Positions 1 to 10,293 are shown, counted from the first letter of the stretch. The stretch: 64,000 nucleotides of DNA from an uncultured Bacilli bacterium (GCA_934101645.1 CAKORX010000006.1:15333-79332); one strand, 5' to 3'. Notes: generated by a model not told the origin, from the sequence alone. A program made the numbers and translations.

Positions 1-1
1 A

Positions 2-844
2 CTTGCCGATCCATCTGCCATAGCACTATATTTTGTTTCGGAAATTGCATCAAAAAAAGTTAAAGTTGTTCTTTCTGGAGAAGGTGCGGATGAACTATTT
101 GCTGGTTACAATTCATATCAACAAGAGCTTTCGATGCACTGGTATATGCGTATTCCATATTTTATAAGACATGGTATAGCCAGTGTTGCAGGATTATTTC
201 CTGATGCTAAAGGATTTAATTTTCTTTATCGAAGAGGGCAAAAACTCGAAAATTATAATATTGGACTTGGAAGAGTATTTTGGGATAAAGAAGCAAATAG
301 CATAGTTAAATTAAAGGGTCAAATAAAAACCAAAGACATAGTAAAAAATGTTTATAAAGATTATGAAAATAATTCAACCTTAGTACAAAGACAAGCAATT
401 GATTACTATTACTGGCTTGTAAATGATTTTTTACATGCCGTAGACAGAAATACAATGATGTTTGGCCTTGAGGCAAGGACACCATTTTTAGATAAAAAAG
501 TTTATGAAGTTGCAAGAAAATTGCCTAGTTATGCCAAGATTAATAAAACTACTACAAAAGTTGCATTAAGAAAAGCAGCTCAAAAAGTAATTCCTACTGA
601 AGCTTATAAAAAGAAAAAATTAGGCTTTCCAGTACCTTTGAAAGAATGGATTAAAACAGATAAACTTTATAAGTTAATAAAAGAAAAATTTGAAAGTGAT
701 GATGCTAAGAAATTTTTTGATACAAAGAAGATATTAAAACTTTTAGATAATCATAAAAATGGTAAAAAAGATAATTATAAGAAAATTTGGACAATCTATA
801 CTTTTTTAGTTTGGTACGACATATATTTTAATCAATATGATTAG
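2..844 (+). CDS. asnB: asparagine synthase (glutamine-hydrolysing), C-terminal part; 5' end lies outside the window
   Basis: The frame is open from the window edge. The translated start reads ...KVVLSGEGADELFAGYNSY, the AsnB synthetase-domain motif. ORF 134..844 is the in-frame tail. Confidence 0.8.
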   Translation, partial: LADPSAIALYFVSEIASKKVKVVLSGEGADELFAGYNSYQQELSMHWYMRIPYFIRHGIASVAGLFPDAKGFNFLYRRGQKLENYNIGLGRVFWDKEANSIVKLKGQIKTKDIVKNVYKDYENNSTLVQRQAIDYYYWLVNDFLHAVDRNTMMFGLEARTPFLDKKVYEVARKLPSYAKINKTTTKVALRKAAQKVIPTEAYKKKKLGFPVPLKEWIKTDKLYKLIKEKFESDDAKKFFDTKKILKLLDNHKNGKKDNYKKIWTIYTFLVWYDIYFNQYD

Positions 845-858
845 AAAGGAAAATATAA

Positions 859-2220
859 ATGATAAATATAAAAACTGATTCAAGAAAAGTACAAAAAGGA
901 GATACTTTTGTAGCTATAAAGGGTGCTACTGTTGATGGACATGATTATATTGAAAGTGCTATTAAAAATGGTGCTACTAAAATAATTTGTGAACATGGAA
1001 ATTATGATGTTGACACTTTGATAGTTCCGGATACAAAAGAGTATTTACAAAACTACATAGTAAGTAATTTTAAAGATGAAGTAAATAAACTTGATATAAT
1101 TGGTATTACTGGTACAAATGGTAAAACTACTACGAGTTATTTGACATATCAAATGCTTAACAAACTAGGTGTAAAAACAGCATATATTGGTACAATTGGG
1201 TTTTACATCGATGATGATATAAAGGAACTTCCAAATACAACTCCTGAAATACTTGAGGTTTATTCAATGCTTATCGAAGCACTAGAAAAAGGTTGTAAAG
1301 CTGTTGTCATGGAAGTTTCATCTCATGCTTTATCATTAAAAAGAGTTGAGGGATTAAATTTTAAAATCGAGGCATTTACAAATCTTACTGAAGATCACTT
1401 AGACTATCATAAAACCATGGAAAATTATTTAAATGCTAAACTTAAAATATTGGATCAATTAAAAAGTGATGGAACTATTATTGTAAATAATGATGATGAA
1501 TATGGAAAATATTTTAAACAAAAGAATTTTAAAACAATTGGATTTAATGAGTCAAATTATCAAATATTAGATTATGAAAGTGATACAAATGGTACAAATA
1601 TTAATTTTAAATATAATGATAATATTTATTCAGTTAAAACAAATTTAAGAGGAAAATTTAATGTATATAATTATATGACAACTCTTGCAATAATTAACAC
1701 TTATAAATATAGTATTGATGAAATTATATCTATTACGAAAAGTGTCTATCCTCCGAAAGGAAGATGTGAACAAGTTATTGTACGTGATGCAGAAGCAATA
1801 ATTGATTATGCTCATACTCCTGATGCAGTTGAAAAAATTATAAATTCATTTTTAGAAAATAAACAAGGAAGAATAATCACTATAGTAGGCTGTGGTGGCG
1901 ATAGGGACCCAATGAAAAGACCTATTATGGGAAAAATAGCCACTGAAAAAAGTGACTATGTAATATTTACAAATGATAATCCTCGTACTGAAGACCCAAA
2001 TACTATTATGAATGATATTATTGCTGGTGTATCAAAAGATAACTATGAAATTATTTTAGATAGAAAAAGTGCCATTAACAAAGGTCTTAGTTTACTTAAA
2101 ACAAATGATACATTATTAATTTTAGGCAAAGGTCATGAAGACTATCAAATAATTGGACATGAGAAACATCATTTAGATGATAAAGAAATTGTATTAGAAT
2201 ATTTAAAAAAACTAGATTAA
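859..2220 (+). CDS. murE: UDP-N-acetylmuramoyl-L-alanyl-D-glutamate--2,6-diaminopimelate ligase
   Basis: Mur ligase P-loop GITGTNGKTTT and a DNPRTEDP motif (the DNPR form is typical of meso-DAP-adding MurE). RBS GAAAGGA lies upstream. Confidence 0.85.
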   Translation: MINIKTDSRKVQKGDTFVAIKGATVDGHDYIESAIKNGATKIICEHGNYDVDTLIVPDTKEYLQNYIVSNFKDEVNKLDIIGITGTNGKTTTSYLTYQMLNKLGVKTAYIGTIGFYIDDDIKELPNTTPEILEVYSMLIEALEKGCKAVVMEVSSHALSLKRVEGLNFKIEAFTNLTEDHLDYHKTMENYLNAKLKILDQLKSDGTIIVNNDDEYGKYFKQKNFKTIGFNESNYQILDYESDTNGTNINFKYNDNIYSVKTNLRGKFNVYNYMTTLAIINTYKYSIDEIISITKSVYPPKGRCEQVIVRDAEAIIDYAHTPDAVEKIINSFLENKQGRIITIVGCGGDRDPMKRPIMGKIATEKSDYVIFTNDNPRTEDPNTIMNDIIAGVSKDNYEIILDRKSAINKGLSLLKTNDTLLILGKGHEDYQIIGHEKHHLDDKEIVLEYLKKLD

Positions 2221-2254
2221 AATATAGGAACATGATATAATATATTTGTTGTTT

Positions 2255-2342
2255 GCTCGTATGGCGGAATTGGTAGACGCGATAGACTCAAAATCTATTT
2301 TTCCCAAAGAAAGTATCGGTTCGACCCCGATTACGAGCACCA
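2255..2342 (+). tRNA. tRNA-Leu(CAA), long variable arm, CCA encoded
   Basis: Hand fold: acceptor GCTCGTA/TACGAGC, anticodon stem ATAGA/TCTAT, loop CTCAAAA, T arm ATCGG-TTCGACC-CCGAT. Confidence 0.85.
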
Positions 2343-2354
2343 ATATGATATATG

Positions 2355-2380
2355 AAAGGACAACAACATGTCCTTTTTTT
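2355..2380 (+). terminator. Rho-independent terminator after tRNA-Leu
   Basis: Hairpin AGGACA-ACAACA-TGTCCT followed by a T7 run. Confidence 0.7.
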
Positions 2381-2415
2381 AAACTGTAAATCATACTAAA
2401 TATTGGTGGAGGATT

Positions 2416-3501
2416 ATGGATAAACTTATCAAAAATATACTTAAGAAAATAGAAAGTGAAGGATATGAAGCCTATATAGTAGGTGGTTTTGTTCGGGATT
2501 CTTTACTTAAAAAAAACTCTTTTGATGTAGATATATGTACTAATGCGAAACCAAAAGATTTAGTTAACTTTTTAAATATTAAACAGAGTACAAATAATTA
2601 TGGCGGATTTAATATTAAGGTTAAAAATTACAATATTGACATTACGACATATAGAAAAGAAAAAAAATATGATAAACGTCATCCCGTAGAAATTGAGTAT
2701 GTAAATAACTTATTCGAAGATATAAAACGAAGAGATTTTACCATTAATTCTATTTGTATGGATAAAAATGATAAACTAATAGATTTATTAAATGGTAAAG
2801 ATGATATAAAAAATAAAATAGTACGCTCTATTGGTAGCGCTAATGACAAATTTTGTGAAGATCCATTAAGAATGCTTAGAGCAATTAGGTTTGCTTCCAT
2901 ACTTGATTTTAAAATCGAGGAAAATACTTATGAAGCAATTAAAAAAAATGCACAATTTGTTACAACATTAAGCCCTTTACGTATTAAAGAAGAACTTACA
3001 AAGATATTGAGTAATAAAAATTTCCTAAATGGTTTAAAACTTCTTGATGAAACTAAAATAAGTTCTTATATTGGCCTTAAATATGATGACGTAGTTTTTA
3101 CAATGGATATACTAGGAATGTGGTCACAAATTGACATAAAAATGGCTGAGTTTACAAAAGAAGAAAAAGAAAATATATCAAAGGTAAAAGAAATTCTTAT
3201 GTCAAAAAAAATAAATAATTTTACACTTTTTAATTATGGACTGTATATATCATATGTTGCTGGTGAAGTTTTAAAAGTAAATAAACAGACTATTAACAAA
3301 ATATATAAATTAATGCCTATAAAAAGTATGAAAGATATTGATATTACAGGCAAAGATATAATTCAAATTCTAAATATTGAGCCATGTAAATTAATTAGTG
3401 AAATTATGAATGATTTAAAAATTAAAATATTAAAAAATGAATTAAAAAATAAAAAAAGTGAACTAAAAAAATATATTATAGGGAAGTACAAGAATGAATA
3501 A
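2416..3501 (+). CDS. cca: CCA-adding tRNA nucleotidyltransferase
   Basis: N-terminal GGFVRDSLL...DVDI polymerase-beta nucleotidyltransferase motif and RRDFTINS. RBS GGTGGAGG. Confidence 0.8.
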   Translation: MDKLIKNILKKIESEGYEAYIVGGFVRDSLLKKNSFDVDICTNAKPKDLVNFLNIKQSTNNYGGFNIKVKNYNIDITTYRKEKKYDKRHPVEIEYVNNLFEDIKRRDFTINSICMDKNDKLIDLLNGKDDIKNKIVRSIGSANDKFCEDPLRMLRAIRFASILDFKIEENTYEAIKKNAQFVTTLSPLRIKEELTKILSNKNFLNGLKLLDETKISSYIGLKYDDVVFTMDILGMWSQIDIKMAEFTKEEKENISKVKEILMSKKINNFTLFNYGLYISYVAGEVLKVNKQTINKIYKLMPIKSMKDIDITGKDIIQILNIEPCKLISEIMNDLKIKILKNELKNKKSELKKYIIGKYKNE

Positions 3502-4135
3502 AGATAATAAAAAATTTGTAGTTGAAACTTTATTTTTAAAAGAAGCTTTAAAGTATAATTTAACATTAAAAGAGTTTTTGATTTTAATGTATTTTGATAA
3601 TGATTATGATTTAGTATTTGATGTAAAAAAAGTATCTAAAGCTATATGCCTTTCTGAAGAAGATACACTAAAAGCATTTGAGAGTTTATTAACAAAAAGA
3701 TTAATCAAATTAAATTCAGTGAAAAATGAAAGTGGAAAATTAATTGATAAAATATCTTTAGATAATTTTTATAATAGTTTAAAAGAATCCATAAATTTGG
3801 AAAATGAAGAAAAAGATGAAAATGGGATATTCTATAAATTTCAAGAAATATTTGGCAAAAGTTTGTCCGGCATGGATTATGAAATTATTAATGCTTGGTT
3901 ATCAAAAGGATTTAGTAAAGAACTTATTTTAGAGGCCTTAAATGAAGCAATAAAAAACAATGCTCCATCACTAAGATATATTGATAAAATATTATTTGAT
4001 TGGAATAAGAAAGGCTATAAGTCTATAAATGATATAAAAAAATATAATAAATCTGAAGATAATTATTATACTGAAGAACAGAAATTCGAAAGTAGTGTAT
4101 TTGATTACAATTGGCTTGATGACGATGAAAATTGA
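3494..4135 (+). CDS. dnaD: DnaD-domain replication initiation/membrane attachment protein
   Basis: C-terminal DnaB_2/DnaD-type segment (...EIINAWLSKGFSKELILEALNEAIKNNAPSLRYIDKILFDWNKKG). Sits in the conserved dnaD-nth position. Confidence 0.7.
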   Translation: MNKDNKKFVVETLFLKEALKYNLTLKEFLILMYFDNDYDLVFDVKKVSKAICLSEEDTLKAFESLLTKRLIKLNSVKNESGKLIDKISLDNFYNSLKESINLENEEKDENGIFYKFQEIFGKSLSGMDYEIINAWLSKGFSKELILEALNEAIKNNAPSLRYIDKILFDWNKKGYKSINDIKKYNKSEDNYYTEEQKFESSVFDYNWLDDDEN

Positions 4136-4745
4136 TGATTTAAGAAAAAATTTGGATTTCTATGTTCCTAATCCTAAATGTGAATTAAATTATACTAAAG
4201 ATTATGAATTATTAATTGCGGTTATGTTATCTGCTCAATGTACTGATAAAAGAGTTAATGAAGTAACTCCGAATCTTTTTAAATATACTTTGATAGAGCT
4301 TGCAAATTTAGATATTAAAGTTTTAGAAAAAATTATTAAACCATTAGGCTCTTATCATAAAAAATCAGTATTTATAAAAGAGGATGCAAAAATACTTTTA
4401 GGAAAATATAATGGCATTGTACCAAATAATCGTAAAAAATTAGAAAGTATGCCTGGCATTGGTAGAAAATGCTCAAATGTAATTTTGTCGGAACTTTTTG
4501 CCGTACCTACGATTGCGGTTGATACTCATGTAGAAAGGGTTTCTAAAAGGCTGGGGTTAGCTAAACAAAACGACTCAGTATATGAAATAGAACAAAAATT
4601 ATTAAAAACTTTTAAAAAAGAGGAATACAACAAAATTAATCATCAATTACTTTTATTTGGTAGATATTATTGCAAAGCTAAAAATCCTTCGTGTGATAAT
4701 TGCAAAATGACTTGTAAATTTAAACAATCAAAAAAAATGCTCTAA
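4119..4745 (+). CDS. nth: endonuclease III
   Basis: LIAVMLSAQCTDKRVN, HhH-GPD segment LPGIGRKCSNVIL, and a C-terminal 4-Cys Fe-S cluster loop (C..C..C..C). I placed the start at the first ATG (MTMKIDDL) rather than the track's GTG at 4095. Confidence 0.85.
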   Translation: MTMKIDDLRKNLDFYVPNPKCELNYTKDYELLIAVMLSAQCTDKRVNEVTPNLFKYTLIELANLDIKVLEKIIKPLGSYHKKSVFIKEDAKILLGKYNGIVPNNRKKLESMPGIGRKCSNVILSELFAVPTIAVDTHVERVSKRLGLAKQNDSVYEIEQKLLKTFKKEEYNKINHQLLLFGRYYCKAKNPSCDNCKMTCKFKQSKKML

Positions 4746-4755
4746 GGCATTTTTT

Positions 4756-7308
4756 TTAGTTTAATCCAGTATCTTTATTATCGTTTTTCTTATCATCTTC
4801 GATAATGTTTGGAATATTTGTATCAGTATTAGTATTAACAGTAATAATTAAACTATCTGAAGCATTATTTTTAAACAATGAATAAGAAGATTTGATAATA
4901 AATTTATAAGTTTTTCCTGGCTCTATAGTTTGTTTATATGTAGTTCCTTCAGTCCAAGTAAGACTTTTTAATGTGCCATCATCATTTTGAATGAAAACAT
5001 CGTACCCAATTTTACCAATATAAGATTCATTATACTTTATTCTTTCTTCATAATATTTTGTGGCAAATGTACCATAATTATCATTAAAATAATTTTGTAA
5101 GTAACTACTATTTATTGCATCTGGAGTAGATATTGCTGTCCAACTAAGCGTTACTTCACTTCCATTATAACTTGCTTTACCATTACTTGGAGATGCCAGT
5201 TTTGCATATCTATTTGATACTTCTGTAGGCTCTGTACCTTCTTTAAATAATTCTGTAACTTTCATATCCTCTGGAGTATTTTCTGAAGCAAGCATTAATG
5301 GAATAGTATATTTTTCAACTTCAACCGAAATAACACTACTTGGTTTTTTAAATGTTTTGTTTGTACTATAAATATTTTTAGAAAGGGCTTCCATAATTCT
5401 ACTTCTTGCAGCCCAACCAGTTGTAGTATTCATATAATGCTCTGCACTATGTTCATCATAACCATACCAAAGTGCTATAGCATATTCAGGATTGTATGTA
5501 ATATTCCATGAATCAGGGATTAAATCTGCTGGTAAGTTTTTAGCTTTTAATGTAGCAGCATCAATATTTGTAGTACCGGTTTTACCAGCTACTTCTGTAC
5601 CACTTATCTTTATGTTACCACTCCATGTATCATTAACAGCATTTACTAGTACGTTTGTAATCATATACGAAGTTTCTTCACTTAAAACCTTTTCTTTAGA
5701 ATATTTATTTTCATAAGTTGTACCATCTTCATAAATAACTTTTGTAAAAGAATATGGTTCAATATAGTATCCTCCACGGCCAAATACAGCATAAGCAGCA
5801 CTCATTTCAAGTGGGTTAGTACCATTAAATCCACCGATAGACGCTGACTCATATAAGGCAGAGCCGTAATTAATACCAACACTATGAACAAAGTTTTCTA
5901 TTAAAGAAATATCTTTAGCTGCAACTTTTTGAAACGCTTGTAAAGCAGTAATATTTCTTGAACCAACTAAAGCTTGTCTTAAAGAAATCATTCCTTGATA
6001 TTTTCTATCTGCGTCATTAATTGCTTGACCAGTAGAGTATGAGTAAGGTTCATCGAAGAAATAATCTCCGGGAGAACCATTTAAGTATTCAATATATGGA
6101 GCATAATCAAATAGTGGTTTAGCAGTTGAACCTGGTTGACGATTTAATGCGGTTGCACGATTTAATCCTCTTGCTTTATAATTTCTTCCTCCAGATAGGG
6201 CAACAATTGAACCATCTGCTATAGAAGTTATTGCAGTTCCTTCTTGGTCATAATCATTATAGTATTTAAATAATTCACCTTTTTCAAGTTTTACAAGAAC
6301 ATCTTGAACTTTTAAATCAAAAGTTGTGTAGATTTTCATTGCTTCAACTCTAGGATTCTTTTTAGTTTTCTCTAAAACATCGTTAATAACATAGTCAATT
6401 ATTACTTGATAGTTGTTACTTGACACAATTTCCTCTTTATCAACAATCATACTTTCAATAGGAATGGCAAGTACAGCCTCTTTTTCTTCTTCAGTAATAT
6501 ACCCATGATTTACCATTAAAGTTAAAACTGTTTTTTGTCTTGCCTTACATCCCTCTGGATTAGAATATGGATTATACCAACTAGGATTTTGATACATTCC
6601 AACAAGTAGTGTAGCTTCTGCTAAATTTATATCTCTAACACTTTTTCCAAAGAAATATTGACTTGCTTGCTCTATACCATAAATACCACCGGTATTAATA
6701 TTTCCAGTAGCATACCATAGAGAATTTGAATAAAATTCTAGTATTTCTTCTTTTGTATACGAACTTTCAATTTTAAATACAGCCATATATATATCAGTAA
6801 ATTTACGAATAATGCCTTTGATACCTTCAGATTTATCATTAGTATAAGTCTTTTTTACAAGCTGCATTGTGATAGTAGAAGCACCACCTGCTTTAGAGGA
6901 AACAAGTTGTCCTAATGAGGCTTTTAAAAATCTTGCTATATCAAGTCCATTGTGTTGGAAAAATCTTGAGTCTTCAGTAGCAATTAATGCATCAATATAT
7001 ACTTGAGGTAAATCTTTATATTCAATAAGCTCTCGGTTTTCTTGGCCAACTCTTGCAAATTCTACACCATTTTTATCATAAATAATAGTGGCCTCTTTTT
7101 TATAAAGTAAATTTTTATCAAAATTCGGAGCACTTATAATAATGTATAAAACAAATATTAATACAGCACTTGCACAAAATATTAAAAAGCCAAAAATAAT
7201 TTCCCAAATAAACCCTTTTTTTCCTTTCTTTTTTATTTCTCCATTAATTTTACTTTTCATATTTGTATTAAAATTTTTAAGTTTTTTTTGAATTTTTAAT
7301 TTTTTCAT
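4756..7308 (-). CDS. ponA: bifunctional class A penicillin-binding protein (glycosyltransferase/transpeptidase)
   Basis: GT51 motif EDSRFFQHNGLD, transpeptidase SxxK (PGSTAKP) and KTGTT. Sits in the conserved recU-ponA operon. Confidence 0.9.
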   Translation of the reverse strand: MKKLKIQKKLKNFNTNMKSKINGEIKKKGKKGFIWEIIFGFLIFCASAVLIFVLYIIISAPNFDKNLLYKKEATIIYDKNGVEFARVGQENRELIEYKDLPQVYIDALIATEDSRFFQHNGLDIARFLKASLGQLVSSKAGGASTITMQLVKKTYTNDKSEGIKGIIRKFTDIYMAVFKIESSYTKEEILEFYSNSLWYATGNINTGGIYGIEQASQYFFGKSVRDINLAEATLLVGMYQNPSWYNPYSNPEGCKARQKTVLTLMVNHGYITEEEKEAVLAIPIESMIVDKEEIVSSNNYQVIIDYVINDVLEKTKKNPRVEAMKIYTTFDLKVQDVLVKLEKGELFKYYNDYDQEGTAITSIADGSIVALSGGRNYKARGLNRATALNRQPGSTAKPLFDYAPYIEYLNGSPGDYFFDEPYSYSTGQAINDADRKYQGMISLRQALVGSRNITALQAFQKVAAKDISLIENFVHSVGINYGSALYESASIGGFNGTNPLEMSAAYAVFGRGGYYIEPYSFTKVIYEDGTTYENKYSKEKVLSEETSYMITNVLVNAVNDTWSGNIKISGTEVAGKTGTTNIDAATLKAKNLPADLIPDSWNITYNPEYAIALWYGYDEHSAEHYMNTTTGWAARSRIMEALSKNIYSTNKTFKKPSSVISVEVEKYTIPLMLASENTPEDMKVTELFKEGTEPTEVSNRYAKLASPSNGKASYNGSEVTLSWTAISTPDAINSSYLQNYFNDNYGTFATKYYEERIKYNESYIGKIGYDVFIQNDDGTLKSLTWTEGTTYKQTIEPGKTYKFIIKSSYSLFKNNASDSLIITVNTNTDTNIPNIIEDDKKNDNKDTGLN

Positions 7309-7856
7309 ATATTCTCCTTTATCATACAGTCAACAGCTTTGATGTAATCAATTCCTTTTAGATAATTGCAATTTAGTTTATAACCATTTTCATTTATATA
7401 ATCATAAGGTATGCTTTTCCTTTCTGCATTATTTATAAAATTAATTATTTTTGTTCCAGGTAATGCAAAAAATTCATTGTTAATACCTATTAATAAAAAG
7501 CAAATTCCTTTATGATTTAGAATATTTTTCATATGTTTTATTTGATGTTCAGCTATATTTGATAATGGTAAATAATTCTTATTTGTATTTTTAGCGTCAA
7601 ATTCTATATAATAGCCTTTATAAAGCCCATTATAATCAAGCGTTGATTCGGTTTTATAGAAAGCATCAGTAATTCTTTTTGTATTATAATCATATTTTAC
7701 AACTTGAATTGGTGTAGGTTTTTTATATATAATTGCAATATCATTATCAATATAATAATCATTAATTTGGTTAATTAAACTTTCTAAATCCATTCCTCTG
7801 TTGGCATAGTTTATAGTTTTTTTATAAACTTTATTAATGCTTTTTGGATAATTCAT
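7305..7856 (-). CDS. recU: Holliday junction resolvase RecU
   Basis: Typical size, 4-nt overlap with ponA as in Bacilli, and a RecU-like core (...PTPIQVV...LDYNGLYKGYYIEFDAK...). Confidence 0.8.
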   Translation of the reverse strand: MNYPKSINKVYKKTINYANRGMDLESLINQINDYYIDNDIAIIYKKPTPIQVVKYDYNTKRITDAFYKTESTLDYNGLYKGYYIEFDAKNTNKNYLPLSNIAEHQIKHMKNILNHKGICFLLIGINNEFFALPGTKIINFINNAERKSIPYDYINENGYKLNCNYLKGIDYIKAVDCMIKENI

Positions 7857-8054
7857 TTATATTCACCATTATAAGTATAACATATATTTGGAATAAAATA
7901 AATGATAGGTTTTGTCGAAACTATTGAAATATTAAAATAGTTTATCATATTATTAAATAGGTGATAAAATGAATATGGATTATTTAATTTCAAAACTACT
8001 CGAAGAAACTAATTATGCAAAAATTCTAGTTAATCTTGATAGCCTTACCGATGT

Positions 8055-8084
8055 TGACAAATAAGAACAATTTTTGCTATAATT
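8055..8084 (+). promoter_or_regulatory. sigma-A-type promoter for gpsB
   Basis: TTGACA (8055-8060), an 18-nt spacer, then an extended -10 TGcTATAAT (8076-8084). Confidence 0.5.
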
Positions 8085-8105
8085 TTCTTGTTAGAAGGTG
8101 TAAAA

Positions 8106-8438
8106 ATGTATAATGAAAAGATTTATTTAACACCAGGGGAAATATTGGAACATGATTTCAAAATTGATGCAAGAGGTTATCGTCCACAAGAAGTCGATAA
8201 ATACCTTGACATGATTATAAGAGATTATACAGAATATAATAACATTATTAAAAATCTAAAGAAGCAAATTAATGATTTAACTTCCGATAATTATACATTA
8301 AAGCAAGAAATTCGTTCACTTAGAGAAAAACTTGAAGCTCAAAGTGAGGATTCTAACACAACGAAGTCAGTAACAAATATTGACTTACTTCGAAGAATTA
8401 GCAACCTTGAAAAAATAGTATATGGAAAAAATGAATAA
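8106..8438 (+). CDS. gpsB: cell-cycle protein GpsB (DivIVA-domain)
   Basis: LTPGEILEHDFKIDARGYRPQEVDKYLDMIIRDY is the GpsB/DivIVA N-terminal domain. RBS GAAGGTG precedes the ATG at 8106. Divergent from recU and adjacent to rnpB, as in B. subtilis. Confidence 0.85.
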   Translation: MYNEKIYLTPGEILEHDFKIDARGYRPQEVDKYLDMIIRDYTEYNNIIKNLKKQINDLTSDNYTLKQEIRSLREKLEAQSEDSNTTKSVTNIDLLRRISNLEKIVYGKNE

Positions 8439-8789
8439 TATCTTTAGACAAACGCTATAAATTAGTTTTTATAGAGGAAAGTCCATGCTCACTTATCCTG
8501 TGATGGATAAAAATGTTCGTGTTTAAGGAAAAAATAACTTAAAGTAGTAATTTATTACTAACGGCTCTGAAAATTTCTGAAAATGAAATGATTAAGTATA
8601 AAAGTGCCAAAGAGACGAGTCTTTTAGAAATAAAAGAAGTGGAACGTGGTAAACCCCGCGAGTGAGAAACCCAAATTTTGGTAGGGGAGCTAGTCAAAGG
8701 AAACTGAACTAATGGCTGGATGTAGCTTGCTACATAGATAAATGTTTGTCACCATTTTATGGTACAGAACATGGCTTATTAAGATATTA
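8438..8789 (+). ncRNA. rnpB: RNase P RNA, type B (boundaries +/-5 nt)
   Basis: Universal elements AGAGGAAAGTCCATGCTC, GTGCCA, GGAACGTGGTAAACCCC, GAGAAACCCAAATTTTGGTAGGGGA and ACAGAACATGGCTTA. P1 pairing AATATCTT (8437-8444) with AAGATATT (8781-8788). Confidence 0.9.
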
Positions 8790-8822
8790 TTTTTTTATTT
8801 TAAAATTAAGGAGAGATTTTTT

Positions 8823-9293
8823 TTGAAAGATATTGGAAGCCTCTTACTATCAACAAGAGAAGCAGCCGGACTTTCACTTGATGAAGTTAGCAGTGATCTT
8901 AGTATAGAAAAGGCAGTACTTGAAAATATCGAAGATGGGAAAACTGGAGCATTTTCGGATATATTTTTATTAAAAAAGTATATTAGTAATTATTCTAAAT
9001 ATTTAGGATTAGATGCAGACAAAATTGTTGATGAATTTAATGAATATGTATTTGAATCAACTTCAAAGATTCCCGTGAAAGATATTGTTAAAAAAATAGA
9101 GCAAAATAATAAAGAGTCAAATGATGATAAAATAATGTCACCTTATACAAGACTTGAAAAAAAGCCAAATAATGCGTTATATTTATTTATATATATTCTC
9201 ATTGTATTATTAGTAATCATAGCGGCATTTTGGGCTGTTAAACAAATAACAATCAATACGCAAGTTGCAAAAGATATAAGTTATAAGGAGTAA
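8823..9293 (+). CDS. RodZ-like membrane-anchored HTH protein
   Basis: TTG start 8 nt after AAGGAGAG. The track's ATG at 8742 lies inside rnpB. N-terminal HTH (LSTREAAGLSLDEVSSDLSI) and one C-terminal TM helix. Sits upstream of pgsA like B. subtilis rodZ(ymfM). Confidence 0.6.
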   Translation: MKDIGSLLLSTREAAGLSLDEVSSDLSIEKAVLENIEDGKTGAFSDIFLLKKYISNYSKYLGLDADKIVDEFNEYVFESTSKIPVKDIVKKIEQNNKESNDDKIMSPYTRLEKKPNNALYLFIYILIVLLVIIAAFWAVKQITINTQVAKDISYKE

Positions 9294-9296
9294 AAA

Positions 9297-9902
9297 ATGA
9301 ATTTACCAAATAAATTAACTATTTCAAGAATAGTACTAGCTTTTATAATATTAGTTATGTTATGTTTGCCTTGGCATGCAATGGGCTTTAACTGGCCAGT
9401 ATATTTATTTCATGGAGTAACTTTTAATCTAAAATATATTATTGCAGGAATACTTTTCTTAATTGCTTCAGTAACAGATAAACTTGATGGTTACATTGCA
9501 AGAAAATATAATATGGTTACTGACTTTGGAAAAATGGCTGATGCCATAGCAGATAAAATATTAGTTAATGGAGTACTTATTATTTTAGCTTATGATAGAA
9601 TTATTCCTTTAGTAATACCAGTGGTAATTATTACACGTGATATAATCACTGATACTTGCAAAATGATTTCAGGAAATAAAGGAAAAGTTGTAGCAGCATC
9701 AAGTATGGGAAAAATAAAAACTGCCTTTATGATGGTTGGCCTAACACTTACTTTCTTTAATAATTTTCCTTGTGAATTCTTTCATTTTCCACTTTCAAAA
9801 TTATGCTTAATTATTGCTACAATATTTAGTGTAATAAGTGGATGTCAATATTATTATAAAACAAGAGAATTTGTTATACCAAAAGATGAAAAGAAAAAAT
9901 AA
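9297..9902 (+). CDS. pgsA: CDP-diacylglycerol--glycerol-3-phosphate 3-phosphatidyltransferase
   Basis: CDP-alcohol phosphotransferase motif DKLDGYIARK...G...D..ADK, multiple TM segments. Confidence 0.85.
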   Translation: MNLPNKLTISRIVLAFIILVMLCLPWHAMGFNWPVYLFHGVTFNLKYIIAGILFLIASVTDKLDGYIARKYNMVTDFGKMADAIADKILVNGVLIILAYDRIIPLVIPVVIITRDIITDTCKMISGNKGKVVAASSMGKIKTAFMMVGLTLTFFNNFPCEFFHFPLSKLCLIIATIFSVISGCQYYYKTREFVIPKDEKKK

Positions 9903-9979
9903 ATTTTTTTCATCTTTTTTTGTGCCCAAACAACATATTTTATTTCGAATAATATAAAGTAAAAGGAGGATTACCTATA

Positions 9980-10234
9980 ATGAATTGTGAAAAAAGACCT
10001 GCAATGGAAGAAATGGGTAAAGTAGAAAATATGATGGGACAAATGTGTGAACCTATTTACGAATGTCCTGAAGAAAGGGTTTGTCATAGATATATATGTT
10101 ATGAAGTTCCACATATTAAACCATGTAATACAAGAATAATTAATCATCATATTTATAAACATACATTTACTCCATGCAATACTTGTTGTGAAGAAAATGT
10201 AGTTGAAAATATTTACGATAGAAAATGTTGTTAA
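9980..10234 (+). CDS. Cys/His-rich CotD-like spore coat protein
   Basis: The segment EVPHIKPCNTRIINHHIYKHTFTP parallels B. subtilis CotD VPHIHPQHTTNVNHQHFQHVHYFPHT (from memory). The 84-aa protein has 12 Cys. Strong RBS AAAGGAGG. Confidence 0.55.
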   Translation: MNCEKRPAMEEMGKVENMMGQMCEPIYECPEERVCHRYICYEVPHIKPCNTRIINHHIYKHTFTPCNTCCEENVVENIYDRKCC

Positions 10235-10293
10235 TAAAAGTTCTTAATTGAACTTTTTTATTTGCGTTGTTATAATGATTTTAAGGAGTAGTT

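Noticed and set aside
2212-2394. 60-aa minus-strand ORF
   Set aside because: It overlaps tRNA-Leu(CAA) and its terminator, so the sequence is explained by the RNA gene.
7969-8064. 31-codon ORF (MNMDYLISKLLEETNYAKILVNLDSLTDVDK) between recU and gpsB
   Set aside because: It has a plausible AGGTGA RBS, but it is tiny, has no motif I recognise, and its 3' end overlaps the gpsB -35 box. Support is insufficient to call it a gene.
8742-8822. Upstream extension (ATG at 8742) of the RodZ-like ORF given in the track
   Set aside because: This stretch is the 3' part of RNase P RNA (ACAGAACATGGCTTA and the P1 strand). A TTG at 8823 with AAGGAGAG is the credible start.
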